A stretch of DNA of 64,000 bases. It comes from Octopus sinensis (taxonomy: Eukaryota). The translations under genes were made by a program, and so were the position numbers. Every line of letters starts with the position of its first letter. The first letter of the stretch is position 1. The notes under the pieces are model-generated. The model was not told where the DNA came from. It saw only the letters and a program-made list of their open reading frames with translations, and ran no database searches. Location of the stretch: positions 60,264,001 through 60,328,000 of the forward strand of contig NC_043010.1 in assembly GCF_006345805.1 (NCBI RefSeq), given 5' to 3'. This document shows positions 13,371 through 27,041 of the stretch, one piece after another.

Positions 13371-14365
13371 AATATATTTTATTCATTATGATGTAATGAC
13401 AGATTTTTTTAATAAATGAGAGATGGAAAGAAATTAAGCTGAAATCCATCAAATTCATGATAAGACGAGGGAAAAACACTGATGATGATGATGAGAGTGA
13501 AGATGGCAACAATAACATCCCAAATTTACTGGTTTCATGATATTTTTGGTTAGGATTCTAGTAAGCTATACACAGCTGTCTAAAGAGATATACCAAATAA
13601 ATAGTCTGGAGAACACGCTAAAATAGTCTGAGTTACAATTTGCTTAAAAAGTAGACATACGATTCCATCTATCTAATAGTGACAGAATGAACATAATTGC
13701 AAATTCATTTGTCTCTCAGTGGTACTCCCAACCATTCCATTTTCAAACCTCTCAAAATAAAAACCATCCTTTTAGTTTCTCACCAGTCCCTATCAACAGC
13801 AATTTCATTATTTATTATTCTTGCCAAAATATTGTAAAACAGACATCTATTTTTGTTTGTTTTTTGTTTTGGTTTTTATCCATCCTTGCTTTTTAGATTT
13901 CATATTAATTAGTGACCTTGTCCTGAGATATCAAAAATATTACAAACTACTCTGTGTGTGTGTGTGTGTTGTACACATGTACAGGTGGGATTAAGTTTTT
14001 GGTCTCAGTTTATATAAAATTATCATGTTGTCTGGATTTATAGAGTTTCCAAATTGTAATTTCATTTTGCTAAATTTTTACATCTCAGTAACACATGATA
14101 AAAATATAGAAGACATGACATGTATATGTAGTTTGTTGAACAGAGATCTGATGAGGTTCATTTACAATGACAGAAGTTGAAATCTGCATATAAAATTTTT
14201 AGAGAAGACATGAGTTTTAATGTTAAGGCAAATGAACGTTGGCCATATTGTTTAGAAAATGCTTAGCTTCGTGAACAAGAAAATGCTTGGCATCATGAAC
14301 AAGAAAATCAGTGGTGAAGCTTTAAGTGTCAACACATCCTAACTTATTGTCTTTTATTCATCCCC

Positions 14366-15982
14366 TGGTGGTCAATGCAGAAACTGGGGATAGATAAATG
14401 GTTGGTGAGAGCTGTACAAGCCATGTGCAAGAATGCTGTCAGTAAGGTTGGCAACAATTATAGTGAAGAATTCCGGGTAGAAGTGAGGGCTCACCAAGGA
14501 TCAGTCCTCAGCCCTCTCTTATTCATCATAGTCCTCCAAGGAATTCAAGACAGGCTGCCCCTGAGAGCTCCTCTATGCTGATGACCTTGTTGTAATAGTT
14601 GAGACATTACCAGAACTAGAGAAGAAGTTTCAGGTGTGGAAGCAAGGTCTAGAATCAAAAGGCCATAGAGAGAACCTAGCAAAAACCAAAGACTTAGTAA
14701 GTAGGAAAGCAGACAAATCACAAATCCCTTCAGGTAGATGGCCCTGCTCAATCTGTAGAAAAAGTATTGGCAGAAACTCCATAAGATGTACCCAGTGTAA
14801 ACTATGGACACATAAGAAGTGCAGTAATATCAAAGGAAGGTTAACTGGGAAGATAGATTTTGTGTGTGGCAGAAGAACAGGTGCAATAAACACTGAAGAT
14901 ATACAGGATACAGATTCCATCACATGCCATGGGAAAAAGCTAGAAGTAGTTGATAGCTTCCATTACCTAGGTGACCAAGTCAGTAGTTGGGTGGATGCTC
15001 TGAGAATAAGAATATCCTGGGCAAAGGTCAGAGAGCTCCTACCTCAGCTAGTAACAACGGGCCTCTTCCTCAGAGTGAAAGGTAGACTGTATGGTACCAG
15101 TGTGCAAACAATCATGCTACACAGCAGTGAAACATGGGCTGTGACTGCTGCGGACATGCATAGGCTTAAAAGAAATGAAGTTAGTATGCTCTGCTGGATG
15201 TGTAATGTCAGTGTGCATACATGACAGAGTGTAAGCGCCCTGAGAGAAAAGTTGGACATAAGAAGCATCAGATGTGATGTGCAAGAGAGACAACTGTGCT
15301 GGTATGATCATGTGTTGCATATGGACGAGGACAGCTGTGTGAAGAAGTGTCACACCCTAACAGTGGAGGGAACCTGTGGAAGAAGCAAACCCAGGAAGAC
15401 CTGGGACAAGGTGGTGAAGCCTGATCTTTGAACGTCGGGCCTCAGGGAGGCAATGACAAGCAACTGAGACCTTTGGAGATATATTGTGCTTTAGAAGACC
15501 TGGCAAGCCAAGTGAGACAGTAGCTGTGGCCTATGCCAGTGTTGCATAACCGGCCCATTTAAGAGTGCCCTTCAATCATTGGACAATATACGGTGCTTGA
15601 GAAGACCTGTTGAGTCAAGTGAAATTGTAGTCATGACCAATGCCACCTGACTGGCAACCATGCCAGTGACATGTAAAAAGCACCATTCAAGCATGGCTGA
15701 TGCTAGTACTGCCTGACTGGTACCTATACTGCTGACACGTAAAAAAGCACCATTTGTGCGTGGTCGATGCCAGTGATACCAGACTGGATTCTGTGCCGGC
15801 TGCACATAAAAAACACACACTATGCTCTTGGAGTGGTTAGCGTTAGGAAGGGCATTCAACTGTAGAAACCTTACCAAATCAAATTGGAGCCTGGTGCAGC
15901 CTCCTGGTGTGTCAGTCCTCAGTCAAACCGTCCAACCCATGCCAGCATGGAAAGCGGACATTAAACGATGATGGTGATGATA
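14366..15982 (+). mobile_element. 5'-truncated RTE-clade LINE (RT, PHD-like insert, 3' UTR, (GAT)n tail)
   Basis: HQGSVLSPLLF, ELLYADDL, WPCSICRK...IRCTQCKLWTHKKCS, FHYLG, MLHSSETW; frameshifted. Confidence 0.9.
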
Positions 15983-16176
15983 ATGGACCGGAGAATGATA
16001 GCAACCTTCATGAGGCTGTAAAGAAGGTGCCAGAGAAGATAAAATGGTTGATACTACACTTCAGAATCTATGAGCTTAAGTAAAAATCACAAAACATGTT
16101 TGTCAGGTGACCTTCTAGTTCTGATTCTCTGCACCACATTGGTTTCTCAAAATATATAATCAAGATTATTTTTACT

Positions 16177-16574
16177 TCTATGGCTCACCAAATTTTATAT
16201 GGTGAACTTTATACTGAAAGAAGGCTCTATGGCTGTCCCCTCTATTGATACAAGTACTAGCTAAAGCAAATCCTAAAACTGAATGGAATCAGGGCTTGGG
16301 ACATTGAAGCTCAAGACAGGCCTGGCTGGCATCTTTCTATCTTCACTGTGACAGACCATTTTGAAGATGAATGACAGAGGAAAGAAGAAGAGAAATGACA
16401 AGAAAGAAAATGGAGACTGCAACAATCAAAGCCTCCACAACAGATCCCTTGTGGACTTTGCAATAGACACTTCCATGCAAGAATCGGTCTCATTAGTCAT
16501 CAGAAGCTTAAACATGGACAGAGAGGAAGAAATGGCCAAGAAGAATTATTGAACACATGATAAAACATTGATGG
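16177..16574 (+). mobile_element. 5'-truncated RTE-like LINE fragment with a 20 bp target site duplication
   Basis: Flanked by taatcaagattatttttact at 16157-16176 and 16575-16594; translates QILYGEL...AQDRPGW...CGLCNRHFHARIGLISHQKLKH with stops. Confidence 0.85.
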
Positions 16575-17809
16575 TAATCAAGATTATTTTTACTATTATA
16601 TAAAATAATTTTAGAGCAGATTACTCACACATCAACACACTTTAACCAAGATTAGATCTAGCTTTTTGCATTCACAAAATATGCATTTTTTTAAAAGAAG
16701 TAAAAAATCTGAAAATCAGTTATAATAATGTAGCCTTCCAGTCTTAACGCTTTGAAAGTATGATGTTGCGGAGAAAAAATTGGAGAAAAAAGTTACAGAG
16801 GTTTAAAAATCAAAATAACTGGGTATTTTTAGCCAAAGGCGAGACATAATTTTTCTGCGTTTAGTGGAGTGGTGTCAACTGTTAGGTTGTACCTGGTAAA
16901 ATTTATAATTTAGCATCTGACTTGTTCATTGTAGGTTTCTAAATAAACAGAATTACTTAATTTCATTGCAGGTTTCTAAAATAAACAGAAAAACCTAAAA
17001 TCAACATGCATCATCTTACTGTTCTTTTGTCTCTTTATTTGTATTTTTTTATCATTAAAAAAAATTTGTTATATTAGTATATTTGTCTGCATCTGTTTAC
17101 TTTATGCGTATTTCAGTATTATGTATACCTGTCTTGTATTTGTGTACATCATTAATATATAAGTGCATGTGTGTGTATGTGTGTGTGAAAAGTGGGCAGC
17201 TGTCTCCTTCAAAGTTGAGTAACGTTTTCATGCTTGGATTTGTAAACTACGATGAGAATAACCCTGGTCAACAAAGAATTTGTCCCAAGGAAAAGAATAC
17301 CTGTATCTTATATGTTTTTGCATGCAGAATTCAAAAATAATGTCAAATTATCAGTATTACGCACAGTTTCTCTGTTTCACAATATCCTTCTCAATTCCTG
17401 TTATGTGGGCTAAATTTCAGTTCAGCTGTTGAAATGTAAAGCTAACGGTTTAAGAAATACTCCTAATTAAAATTTTTATGAACACAACCTAGTGAAATCA
17501 TAAATCCAGCTGAGTCAATGAGTTCCCCTCACCCCCAAAAAAGAATGAAATATGTAAAAATACTAGCACACAGAAAAATACTAATACACAGAAGCACAGA
17601 AAAATATGTAATATACTAACACACAGAAAAATTAAAACAAAATAGCAGCACAGACAACAGTGAACCACAACACAGCATGTGGTTATCATGGTAACAAGCT
17701 GCTAATCCCACGCTGTCTGTTGGTTGGCTAAAATTACCCAAATTTCCCAACTTTATTTCCAAATAACATCAGATTCTTTGATTTATGAGATAATGTAATT
17801 GGTTGATCA

Positions 17810-19068
17810 TAATCGCGGATCCTGGGTGGATGTTGTTTACCTGGACTTTGCTAAGGCTTTTAACTCTGTGCCACACAAAAGACTTATGGTGAAACTCTCT
17901 GCGTTGGGCGTAAGAGATGATCTCTATAACTGGTTGAAGTCCTTATTTTCGGCCGAAAAGAGGTAGTCACAGTTCTAGGACAGCACTCTTCACCCTATGA
18001 GATGAAATCTGGTGTACCACAGGGATCTGTTCTTGGCCCCCTTTTATTTGTTGCTTATGTTAATGACATAGATGCCAACTTAAAGAATGCCACAGTGCTG
18101 AAATATGCAGATGACATCAAGCTGTACCTCAAAATAAAGAGGTCATATCCTGTACACTATAGATCTCTATTGCAATCAGACCTGGACACAATGCAGCAGT
18201 GGATCATGGACTGGCAACTCAAGCTGGCTGTGGAGAAATGTACCACCATGCATTTTAGGAGGAGAAACCCAGCGTCCACTTACTTCCTCCACAACACTAA
18301 TCTCAAAAGTCTTCGTGTGAACGTGACCTGGGTGTTATTGTCAACAGTGATTTGCATTGGACAAAACACATCGCTAAAATTGCCAAGAAGGCTGAGGGTG
18401 TCTTGGCATCACTCACCAAGTCCTTTGTGAGCCGCTCTCTGGCTATCTATCTGTGGCTTTGTATAGCTATGGTAAGACCTCACCTGGAATTTGCATCACC
18501 GGTCTGGAACCCCTATCTTGCCCAGGATATTAATCGTCTGGAAGCCGTTCAGTGACGTGCAACCAAAAGAATACCTTCCATTAGGCATTTGCCATATTCT
18601 GAACGCCTTACTTGCCTGGGCATGGACACATTGAAACTCCGACGTCTGGCAGCTGACTTGACAGACACGCATAAAATTATTAACCATCTTACAAACAATA
18701 ACTCTGAGCACCTTTTCAAACTCCACCCATCTAACACCCGTGGACATATTTACAAAGTCAAAAAACAGCACAGCTCCCATGACTTTCAGAAACATTTTTT
18801 CACACTGAGAGTTGCTGTAGCATGGAACAAACTGCCGGCATCAGTTGTTAGTTGTTGGAGCACTGCATCCTTCAAAACTTCCATGCTTCCTGAGAATCGC
18901 TAACACTACACCTGATTTTCTCCCCTCCATACACACGCAAGCATGTATCTGACTCATACACTGTTCACTTTCCAGACATTTCTACATTACTGCATATGCT
19001 TTATACGCACTTTCTGACAAGTTGTGGTGCACCTGAGCACTGTATACAATAGTTTCATTATTATTATT
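17810..19068 (+). mobile_element. 5'-truncated CR1/L2-like LINE reverse transcriptase region
   Basis: VYLDFAKAF, SGVPQGSVLGPLLF, KYADDIKL, VRPHLEFASPVWNP, AWNKLP; (ATT)n tail. Confidence 0.92.
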
Positions 19069-19290
19069 AAAATTCCGAGTTGCATCGATACACCAAAATT
19101 GAGAATAATCTGAGAAAAATTAAGGGCGGCTCATTTTGCGAATGAGAAAGACTAGGTCCCCAAAATCTAAGAAAACTTAGTATTCCATAAAAAATTTCCC
19201 GTCGTTATTTTTTCGAAACAATAAAATAAAATTATATTCACACGTTATAATTTTTAAATATTTCAGCATTCAGAAATAGATACGTTGTAA

Positions 19291-19302
19291 GGGGAACAAC
19301 TC
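19291..19302 (+). promoter_or_regulatory. GGGRRRYAACTC motif upstream of the pseudogene remnant
   Basis: ggggaacaactc, identical to the copy at 61521; function inferred only. Confidence 0.35.
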
Positions 19303-19439
19303 AGTAGTTTCAATGATTTCATTTACAGGTAACGACTGTAAGTAAATATCAAGATTACTTATCTGTTGCGAAATATGTGCGTGTGCATGCGTGTGTGCAA
19401 TGATGTAGAAAGAAAATTTCAATATAAATCAAATGTTAA

Positions 19440-21462
19440 TATATTCTGAAATGAGAATTTTTACAAATGCAAAGAATACAATAAAAAGATATTAAAGCCA
19501 GCAATGACTTTAAATTAAATCCTAATACTTGATAACTTATTATTGATGTTTATATATTTAGAAAAAGGAAAATACCTAACACACACTGAAACAAATGATC
19601 AAATGTATACTTCACTAAGCTCAACAGCAATGCTGATTATCAATGGAATTAACATTCAAAATAATGCTCAAAATTTGATCATAGATTTTATATTTCCTTT
19701 ATCAGAAATGTCTATTTGCAATTTAAAATTCAATAAAATTCATAATTTTATAGCTTATATTATGGTTACTGACACTGATAGTGGACTAATGGACAAATTA
19801 AGTATAATATCTATATATATAAAACTGTAGTTGTGTGAGTGTCTGTCCTCTTCGATTTAGATTCCTAACTACTCCCACATTTTGCGGTGCAGTTTAACCA
19901 AATTCGGGTATCTTATAGTCGTGATTCATATCGAGCCCGTCTGGGTATTAGCGCGCGTCTACAATGAGTCTACGATTTTAAAAATAATTTAACATCATTT
20001 TTTATTCCATTTTAATGCATAATTTTTCGTGTGTCGATGGCGGCGGAGTTGGCGTCCACGCTCACGCCTGCACCTGTGTCGTGAAGCTGTGGGGAAGGGA
20101 GTGTAAGGAAATCAACGTCGTAATGCGTTGTCAAGGAGACCAGCGTTCTTTTAGAACAACGACTTCATGGCTTGAAGACACCAAAACAGAAATGGCTAAG
20201 AAAGCCTGAATTGGCATCTATAAGGGAAGTAACTCTCTAAAAATGCTTATATAGTTATTTCCCTTACAAACCCGAGCAACGCCGGGCGATACTGCTAGTT
20301 CACCATAAAATGTTTCAAATTTCTTATATAGGTTCTAAAGAATATAAAATATTGGTCAAAGAACCTCTTGACAGAGAAATAAGGGACCACTACAAAGTAT
20401 CTATTGTGTGTCCTGACATGGGGTCACCTCAACTAGAAAGTAAAAAATATTTCTCTGTCAAAGTAACTGATGTCAATGATGTAGAACCACATTTTACCAA
20501 AGAGACATTCCAATTCCTCACCTATGAAAACCAGAAAGTTGACTTCCCTATTGGCTTCATCAATGCTACAGACCCTGATCTTGGAGATGGAGGCCAACTT
20601 ACATATTCTATCATCAATGATAACAACAATGATAACATTCCTTTCCAACTGACAAAATATGGATTTATTTCTACTTCACAATCAATAGATCGAGAAGTTA
20701 AAGACATCTTTGAGTTCCAGTGTTTAGTATACATATTTTTATTGAGATTCTAGATAAAAATGATAATGCTCCGTATTTTACGTTTCCTAATAATGACCCT
20801 TACAATCTAGATGTCCACTACCATCCACACAGTAAGAAGGACATCACAATTCTGAAAGCATCTGACAAAGACACTGGAAACAATGCTTTCCTCACATATG
20901 GAATACTGAGATCCAATGATAAAAACCTGTTTACAGCTAACTCACACACTGGTGTGTTATCTTTCTCTCGCACAGTTTACCAAAATGATGCAGGAACATA
21001 TGAGCTCCAGTTTATAGTGAAAGACGGTGGTACACCAGTTCAATCAGCAACAACTGCTATCATACTAACACTGTTTGTTAGTAATGATACATCTCCAATG
21101 TTGACTGCTGTGCCATTCCAGTCTGGTCACGACCTGAATATGACTTGGGTAATTATCATTGTAGCAGCAGCTGTAATACTATCTGTGGCTATTGTAGTGT
21201 CCATAACACTGTGTGTTTTCAGATGTATTAATCACATCAATAGTGCCCCTGAAACAGCACACAACCCAAACTTTGTCTCAGGCTGAATGAGACAGTTAAT
21301 GTATCAAGCCAACATTCATGTTGCAATAACTAGAAATGCAGAAGAGGCATTTAACAGAAATCTTCAGACAATTTACTCCAATCTCTTTATTACTCAGAGA
21401 TAGAACAATGTGCCAAAGGATGGAAATTCCCACTAACATTCAGATTACCACCAGTTCCACTG
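19440..21462 (+). pseudogene. Pcdh: Protocadherin pseudogene, large exon remnant (part of EC3 to cytoplasmic start)
   Basis: Decayed EC3/EC4 start (SLSSTAMLIIN...FIAYIMVTDTDSG), Helitron insertion at 19810-20298, net 34 nt deletion near 20728, frameshift near 21280; no signal peptide, EC1 or EC2 found. Confidence 0.92.
19810..20298 (+). mobile_element. Non-autonomous Helitron inserted in EC4 of the pseudogene
   Basis: Starts TC, ends CTAG, cccgagcaacgccggg hairpin near the 3' end; removing it restores aata|ttcacc exactly as in the intact paralogs (A|T target, no TSD). Confidence 0.92.
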
Positions 21463-22163
21463 GTGTTGCTATAGCAACTTCTGTGACCAGTTTCACATGT
21501 TGAATTTATTGTATTCTCAGTTATCTATATCTATTCATTGCAAAGTATTGCTATGCGATCAAAGTCATTTAAATATGGGATGTCTCAGAATTTTGATTCT
21601 GAAAATCATATCTTTTGATAGGTTGAACCTTCACTTGAATAATACATTCATTTTGTGATCATTATAAATTCACACAGTTAGAAATGAAAATTAATAATAT
21701 AATTCTTGTCCACATTAGAGTTTTTGGTGTTTTTTTTGGATTTTTAAATCTTTATACTTACAGCTACATCAATGTATTGCAGAATTTGCTCACTATAAAT
21801 ATTCTAATTTTCTCACAAAGAATCATAAACTTCAAGGATTTGAATTCATTTAAAAATAATTTGGAGAACTAAATAACTCATTTACAATTGTTTATAATTT
21901 TATTATGTTGTCAGGACAATTATGCTCAATTATTAGGAATTGTAAAAGATAGAACTATCAATTGTTACAGTAAATGAAAGTTTCAAGTATTTAAATTTGG
22001 ATACATTTGGCATCTGTTGACATCTGAAATTAGATTTAAGAAAATTGACAGGGTTTCGTAGTAACAAGCATTTTCTAAATAATTGTGATATAAAAGTGTA
22101 TACCTAATTATCTCAATCTAAAATATTTACTATTTTGGTAAATATTTACTATTGCAATGATAG

Positions 22164-22281
22164 TTCTACAATAAGCATTTAGATAAGTCTTGTGAGGAAG
22201 GTGACAGCCTAAATGAAACATTTCCACCAGTCAGAGATTGAGTGAAGGAGACATTGTACATCAGACATTGCAAATATCAAA
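22164..22281 (+). pseudogene. Pcdh: Degenerate first cytoplasmic exon of the protocadherin pseudogene
   Basis: tag|FYNKHLDKSCEEGDSLNETFPPVRD* then SEGDIVHQT in a shifted frame; homologous to 42985-43141. Confidence 0.75.
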
Positions 22282-22611
22282 GTAATTTATTAAATATAAA
22301 TAGAACAGCAATATTAATGTTATTATTAGTATATCATGTCTGTATCAAGTGCTTCCATAATTTCTCAACTCATCCAAACAACAAAATCTTTGGAAGTCTG
22401 ATATTTTTGTGATTTAAGAAAATATTTTTAAAAACTGAAAATGTTGGCTCAATTCACTGATAATCTCTGACAGAAGACATATGGAGAATGAGTTTGCTAC
22501 TACTCCAATAAATCTGTTGATATGATTTTTTTATTATAAAATTGTTTATTTTATATTTTTATATTGTATAAACAACACTGAAACAATTTATTATATATTC
22601 ACTGGTACAAT

Positions 22612-23028
22612 AGGCGCAGGAGTGGCTGTTTGGTAAGTAGCTTGCTAACCAAGCACATGGTTCCGGGTTCAGTCCCACTGCGTGGCATCTTGGGCAAGTG
22701 TCTTCTGCTATAGCCCCGGGCCGACCAATGCCTTGTGAGTTTGGTAGATGGAAACTGAAAGAAGCCTGTCGTATATATGTATATATATATATTGTGTGTG
22801 TGTATATGTTTGTGTGTGTGTGTTTGTCCCCCTAGCATTGCTTGACAACCGATGCTGGTGTGTTTACATCCCCGTCACTTAGCGGTTCGGCAAAAGAGAC
22901 CGATAGAATAAGTACTGGGCTTACAAAGAATAAGTCCCGGGGTCGATTTGCTCGACTAAAGTCGGTGCTCCAGCATGGCCGCAGTCAAATGACTGAAACA
23001 AGTAAAAGAGTAAAAAGAGAGTAAAGAG
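22612..23028 (+). mobile_element. Full-length tRNA-derived SINE
   Basis: A-box-like gtggctgtttggtaag, B-box-like ggttcagtccc, internal (TA)/(TG) tract, (AAAGAGT)n tail. Confidence 0.9.
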
Positions 23029-23229
23029 TATACTTTTTTTAATGCTATTATTTCAAATGGAAAACTATCAAAAGCCTTTATGAGAATTTCATATAGTAGA
23101 AACTACTAAATATAGCATAAATTTGAATACATACTATCAGCATAAATTTTTATTTTGATTTTCTTTCTTAAAACACAGTAAAAAAATCCTTTCTCAATGT
23201 TATATAAAATATATTTCTTTATTTTTCAG

Positions 23230-23321
23230 TTTGTATATAGGAACTACAAACCAAACAAAATCCCACACTAGAGGATTGAAATGAACAAGATATATACCTA
23301 GAGCCAGTAAAGAAGAAATAG
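23230..23321 (+). pseudogene. Pcdh: Degenerate last coding exon of the protocadherin pseudogene
   Basis: tttttcag acceptor; RNYKPN then frameshifted EQDIYLEPVKKK*; homologous to 45884-45972. Confidence 0.8.
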
Positions 23322-23419
23322 TAAATTTTTTGTTATAGAAAATATTTATATTCAAACTGAAATCCTAAATATTCAAATATTCAGAAATGTTTTCCTGAAC
23401 CTATTTAATGCTATTTTTA

Positions 23420-23423
<4 letters not shown>

Positions 23424-23490
<67 letters not shown>
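23424..23490. repeat. (GT)n microsatellite
   Basis: Direct observation. Confidence 0.95.
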
Positions 23491-23494
<4 letters not shown>

Positions 23495-23945
23495 TATTGA
23501 ATTATATTTGAGCTACTATCTTATAAATCTTGTGTTCAGTCTTCATTGGATGTGAGCTTAGAAAGAGGAGTATTCACTATAAATTATTCAGTCTGAAATT
23601 TTTCATTTTAAGATACTCGACTGAGTTGTTTTTTTATTTTAAGTATTGAATTATTTATTCTAAATGTACTGTGAAAGTTGTGAATAAATATTGAAATAAC
23701 ATCGATGAAATTACAAAAACTTACAATTTTTACATTATTTTGAATAAACAATCACTTTAAGAGTTCCTGTAAATTAGTTGTTGAGAGCAAATATAAAAGT
23801 TTTAGATGTCACAACATTCAATATGTGTAAATATGGTTATATTTAAAAGCACATTTTCATTCATAAATTTAGACATGTAAAGTGTATAGGAGATAATTGT
23901 ATAAGATATAATTCAAATTATATAAAAAAATCCTAAGAACAAAAC

Positions 23946-24387
23946 AGTAAAGCCAGTTGCCACATCAAAGTGACAGTCAAATGTTACTACTAGTTTAACC
24001 CCAGGCAGATTCTCCACCAGCTGGTTATCAGTGCAACACTTTGCACCTTTTATATACAATATATTGCTAGCAGGGGGAACGAACCCCTACTACCCTGCAG
24101 CAGCCAACAAGATTGTTTACAATATATCGTTAGCAGTAGCAGATCCTAGCTATCACTCCAGTACATGGGTGCTCAGGGCCGATGATGAGCCAAATAGCTT
24201 GAAACTGAGTCAGTCTTGTGATCCTGTAAGCTACTGGAGAGTAATAGGGGTTCGCTACCCTTGTGAGCGATGTATTGTATATAAAGGGTGCAGTGTGTTG
24301 CACTGATAACCAGCTGGTGGAGAACCTGCCTGGGGTTAAACTAGTAGTAACATTTTACTGCCACTTTGATGTGGCACTGGCTTTACT
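23946..24387. repeat. Long foldback (~115-145 bp arms) with a hammerhead-like motif in the loop
   Basis: 23946-24062 is the near reverse complement of 24272-24387, with weaker pairing further in; loop contains ccgatga-t-gagc(caaata)gctt-gaaa-ctgag-tc at 24174-24217. Confidence 0.9.
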
Positions 24388-24554
24388 ATTTATTATACGT
24401 TACTACTCTATCTGTTTTGGGGATTTTATAACCAGCTACTTTGGTTCCTAGTACAAAATTATTAATGTAACATTTCAATTAGAATTTTTTTAAAAAATGA
24501 ATGTTAAATTTACAGATAAATAACATCCTTTTAGAGTCTAGTTGTCTCCCACTA

Positions 24555-24677
24555 TGACTCACAAATCTTTGTATCAATATATTGCCACTATCTCACTACT
24601 ACAGCAGTTGCACAGGAACACTACGCCATGATGAATGTCTTTTACATGAAATAGTGATAAAGGATTAAACAATGTAG
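24555..24677 (+). promoter_or_regulatory. Putative promoter (AP-1 site) and non-coding exon 1 of protocadherin A
   Basis: TGACTCACAA at 24555, Inr-like gcagtt near 24606, donor ag|gtaaat at 24678; homologous block upstream of each intact gene. Confidence 0.7.
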
Positions 24678-25346
24678 GTAAATTGCTTTATATTGCCTTC
24701 ATACAATATTTAGATGGTGTATATTTGAGTATTATGACATGTTGAATGGATAATAACTTTTGTCTTTCATAATAAGTATAAAGTGTCTAGTAAATGGGGA
24801 GATATAAAAGGTTCTAGCCATTAATATTGTCATTATGAAATGCAGTTACTGCTACACTTGTATAATTGCTTCTACAGAGAAATTTTTAGTTGTTGTTATA
24901 ACACAAAACAGATGTTATAATAGATGCTTATTTTCATATATAATGCTCTATCTAATATATAATATTGAAATTATGAAGTTTAAAGGATAATTTTTTATTG
25001 GCTATTTAAAAATATATATTAAAATCTTGTAATGTGCTATGTTAAAACAGCTATGTGTATCAATGCATATTTTGGAATGCTTGCAAATAATTCAGAATTG
25101 AAGAAGATAAAATATTTTCAGTTAAATATTAGGTTTCTCCATAAACAATCCATGGCTTGGCATTTTGTTGCAGTTCTTCCATGACCATTTCTATTAACCT
25201 TAATGAAGAAATTAAGATTTTAATTTCCATATGTTATTCACTATTGCGTACTTTTTACATGCTTTAATAAAGAAATTACAAAATGTTTCCCATATTTATT
25301 CATACCAAGAGATAAAGATACAGGCATGTATGTATATGTGTGTGTT

Positions 25347-25385
<39 letters not shown>

Positions 25386-27041
25386 CAATACTATGTGTAT
25401 TCTGGTTTTAGAATAGGTACATTACACCCTAGCATTTCATAAGAAGTAACTAAAAGGATTGACAAAAGAAGGACATCTGATGATAAATGATAATGTTAGT
25501 GGTGGTTGTGATAATGATATGAGGCATATGTATAATATATATAAGCCTATAAATATATCATTAAAATACTCTTTGTCAGCATTATCCTCCTCTTGATAAG
25601 CATACCTATAGCAGTAGAAAATTCAGAGTATTTAACGTTTCTGTGATATCATTTATACAAGCAGTTTAACTTTTTTCATTTCCAATGGATAAGTCAGACG
25701 ACCATTTTCAATCAATATTGATTATTTTTTTCCTGTAAATTTTATTACACGGTGATGGTGTACATATTTGGGATCCAATGATATTGCAAGATTATCATAT
25801 AACGAATGCTATTAATGAATGATTTTTTATAAGCATGAGACAAAGATTTTGCAAGGATGGATTATAGCTAATTGTTATATAGTCCAGTTTTTTTTCATTT
25901 ATTTTAGATTGCAATTGGTTAACACAGCATTATTGTCTTGTGATTTGTGGTGAGCTAATTCTGAAAGTGAGAGTGAAAAGAGAAATGTCTGTAAAGTAGG
26001 AGAGTCAAATATCACTTTTGAAGAACACTGGTTTTGCATCCTTTCTTGATATATATATCAGTGATGCATGTGTGTGTGTGTACATACACAGACAGACAGA
26101 TGGATGGAGGGAGGGAGGTACTGGTAAATTCCTTAGAGCATTGGATAGTGTGCCTCTTGGTGTTTGTTCTGACTCATTGAGTCCTTTTACTGCTGGAATC
26201 AACTTTGCCTTTCATCCTTTCAAGATTGACAAAAGAGACAACCTATCAAGTGTGGTGATTCAATGGAACTTTTAAAAGGTTTGGGAAGCTGTTTTGTTGT
26301 GTTCGTTTCAACATTTTATATCCTTCATGAGTACATACAAGTATATTATAAGGGAGGAAGCACTATTTTAAGACATACATCATGAAATATATTACTCTCT
26401 CCTGGTCATCAATGTCTCTTCTTTTACAAACAAAACTACAAACGAAGGAAATAGAACATCAAGGAAAAATACCTCTGCACACCATGTCACATTAATTGTT
26501 TTTACTTAAGCCACAACAATACTCAGGACAGCAGAAGACATGCTATGAATTTCTAATTTGCACCTCTACGTCTAAATATAGTTCTTCTCAAACAAAGATG
26601 ACAAGAACTCTTTAATGGATATGTTTATTTTATACAATCTCAAAGGCACATTTCCACAAAAGAGAAAATTTATAATTTAGTACCAAAATTGTTTTTAATA
26701 ATTAGCAGGTAAAGAGAGGTGAAATAACACAACTTGTATTTTAGTATTTAACTTAAAAACCTTGCCATGCCAATCGTCTTTCCTTTTCAACTTTCTGAAG
26801 TCCCGGTAAAATAAATGCTACTCAAAAACTGAGATCACTATAACAAAATGTTCTCTCCTCCGAATTTGTATAATTAGTCATAGGATGATAAAGCAAAGCA
26901 GAAATGTATCATTGCCCTCTCTTTCGTTTCAAAATTACATGTATAGTTTCAGAAATCAATTATATAAGTTACATCGATTAAAAGACAATTCATAGCACTT
27001 GAATAATGCAATTCTATACAGCGAGTAGAGAAAGATTAAAA

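Noticed and set aside
17552-17660. Short repeats aaaaatact(a)..acacag, and the gtgcc.gtggcac.taaaaagcacc units at 15650-15820 and 59120-59310, as a CRISPR-like array
   Set aside because: Degenerate minisatellite and retroelement 3' UTR repeats without regular unique spacers or cas genes, in a eukaryotic context
22612-22690. tRNA-like A/B boxes
   Set aside because: Head of a SINE with body and tail; no complete cloverleaf
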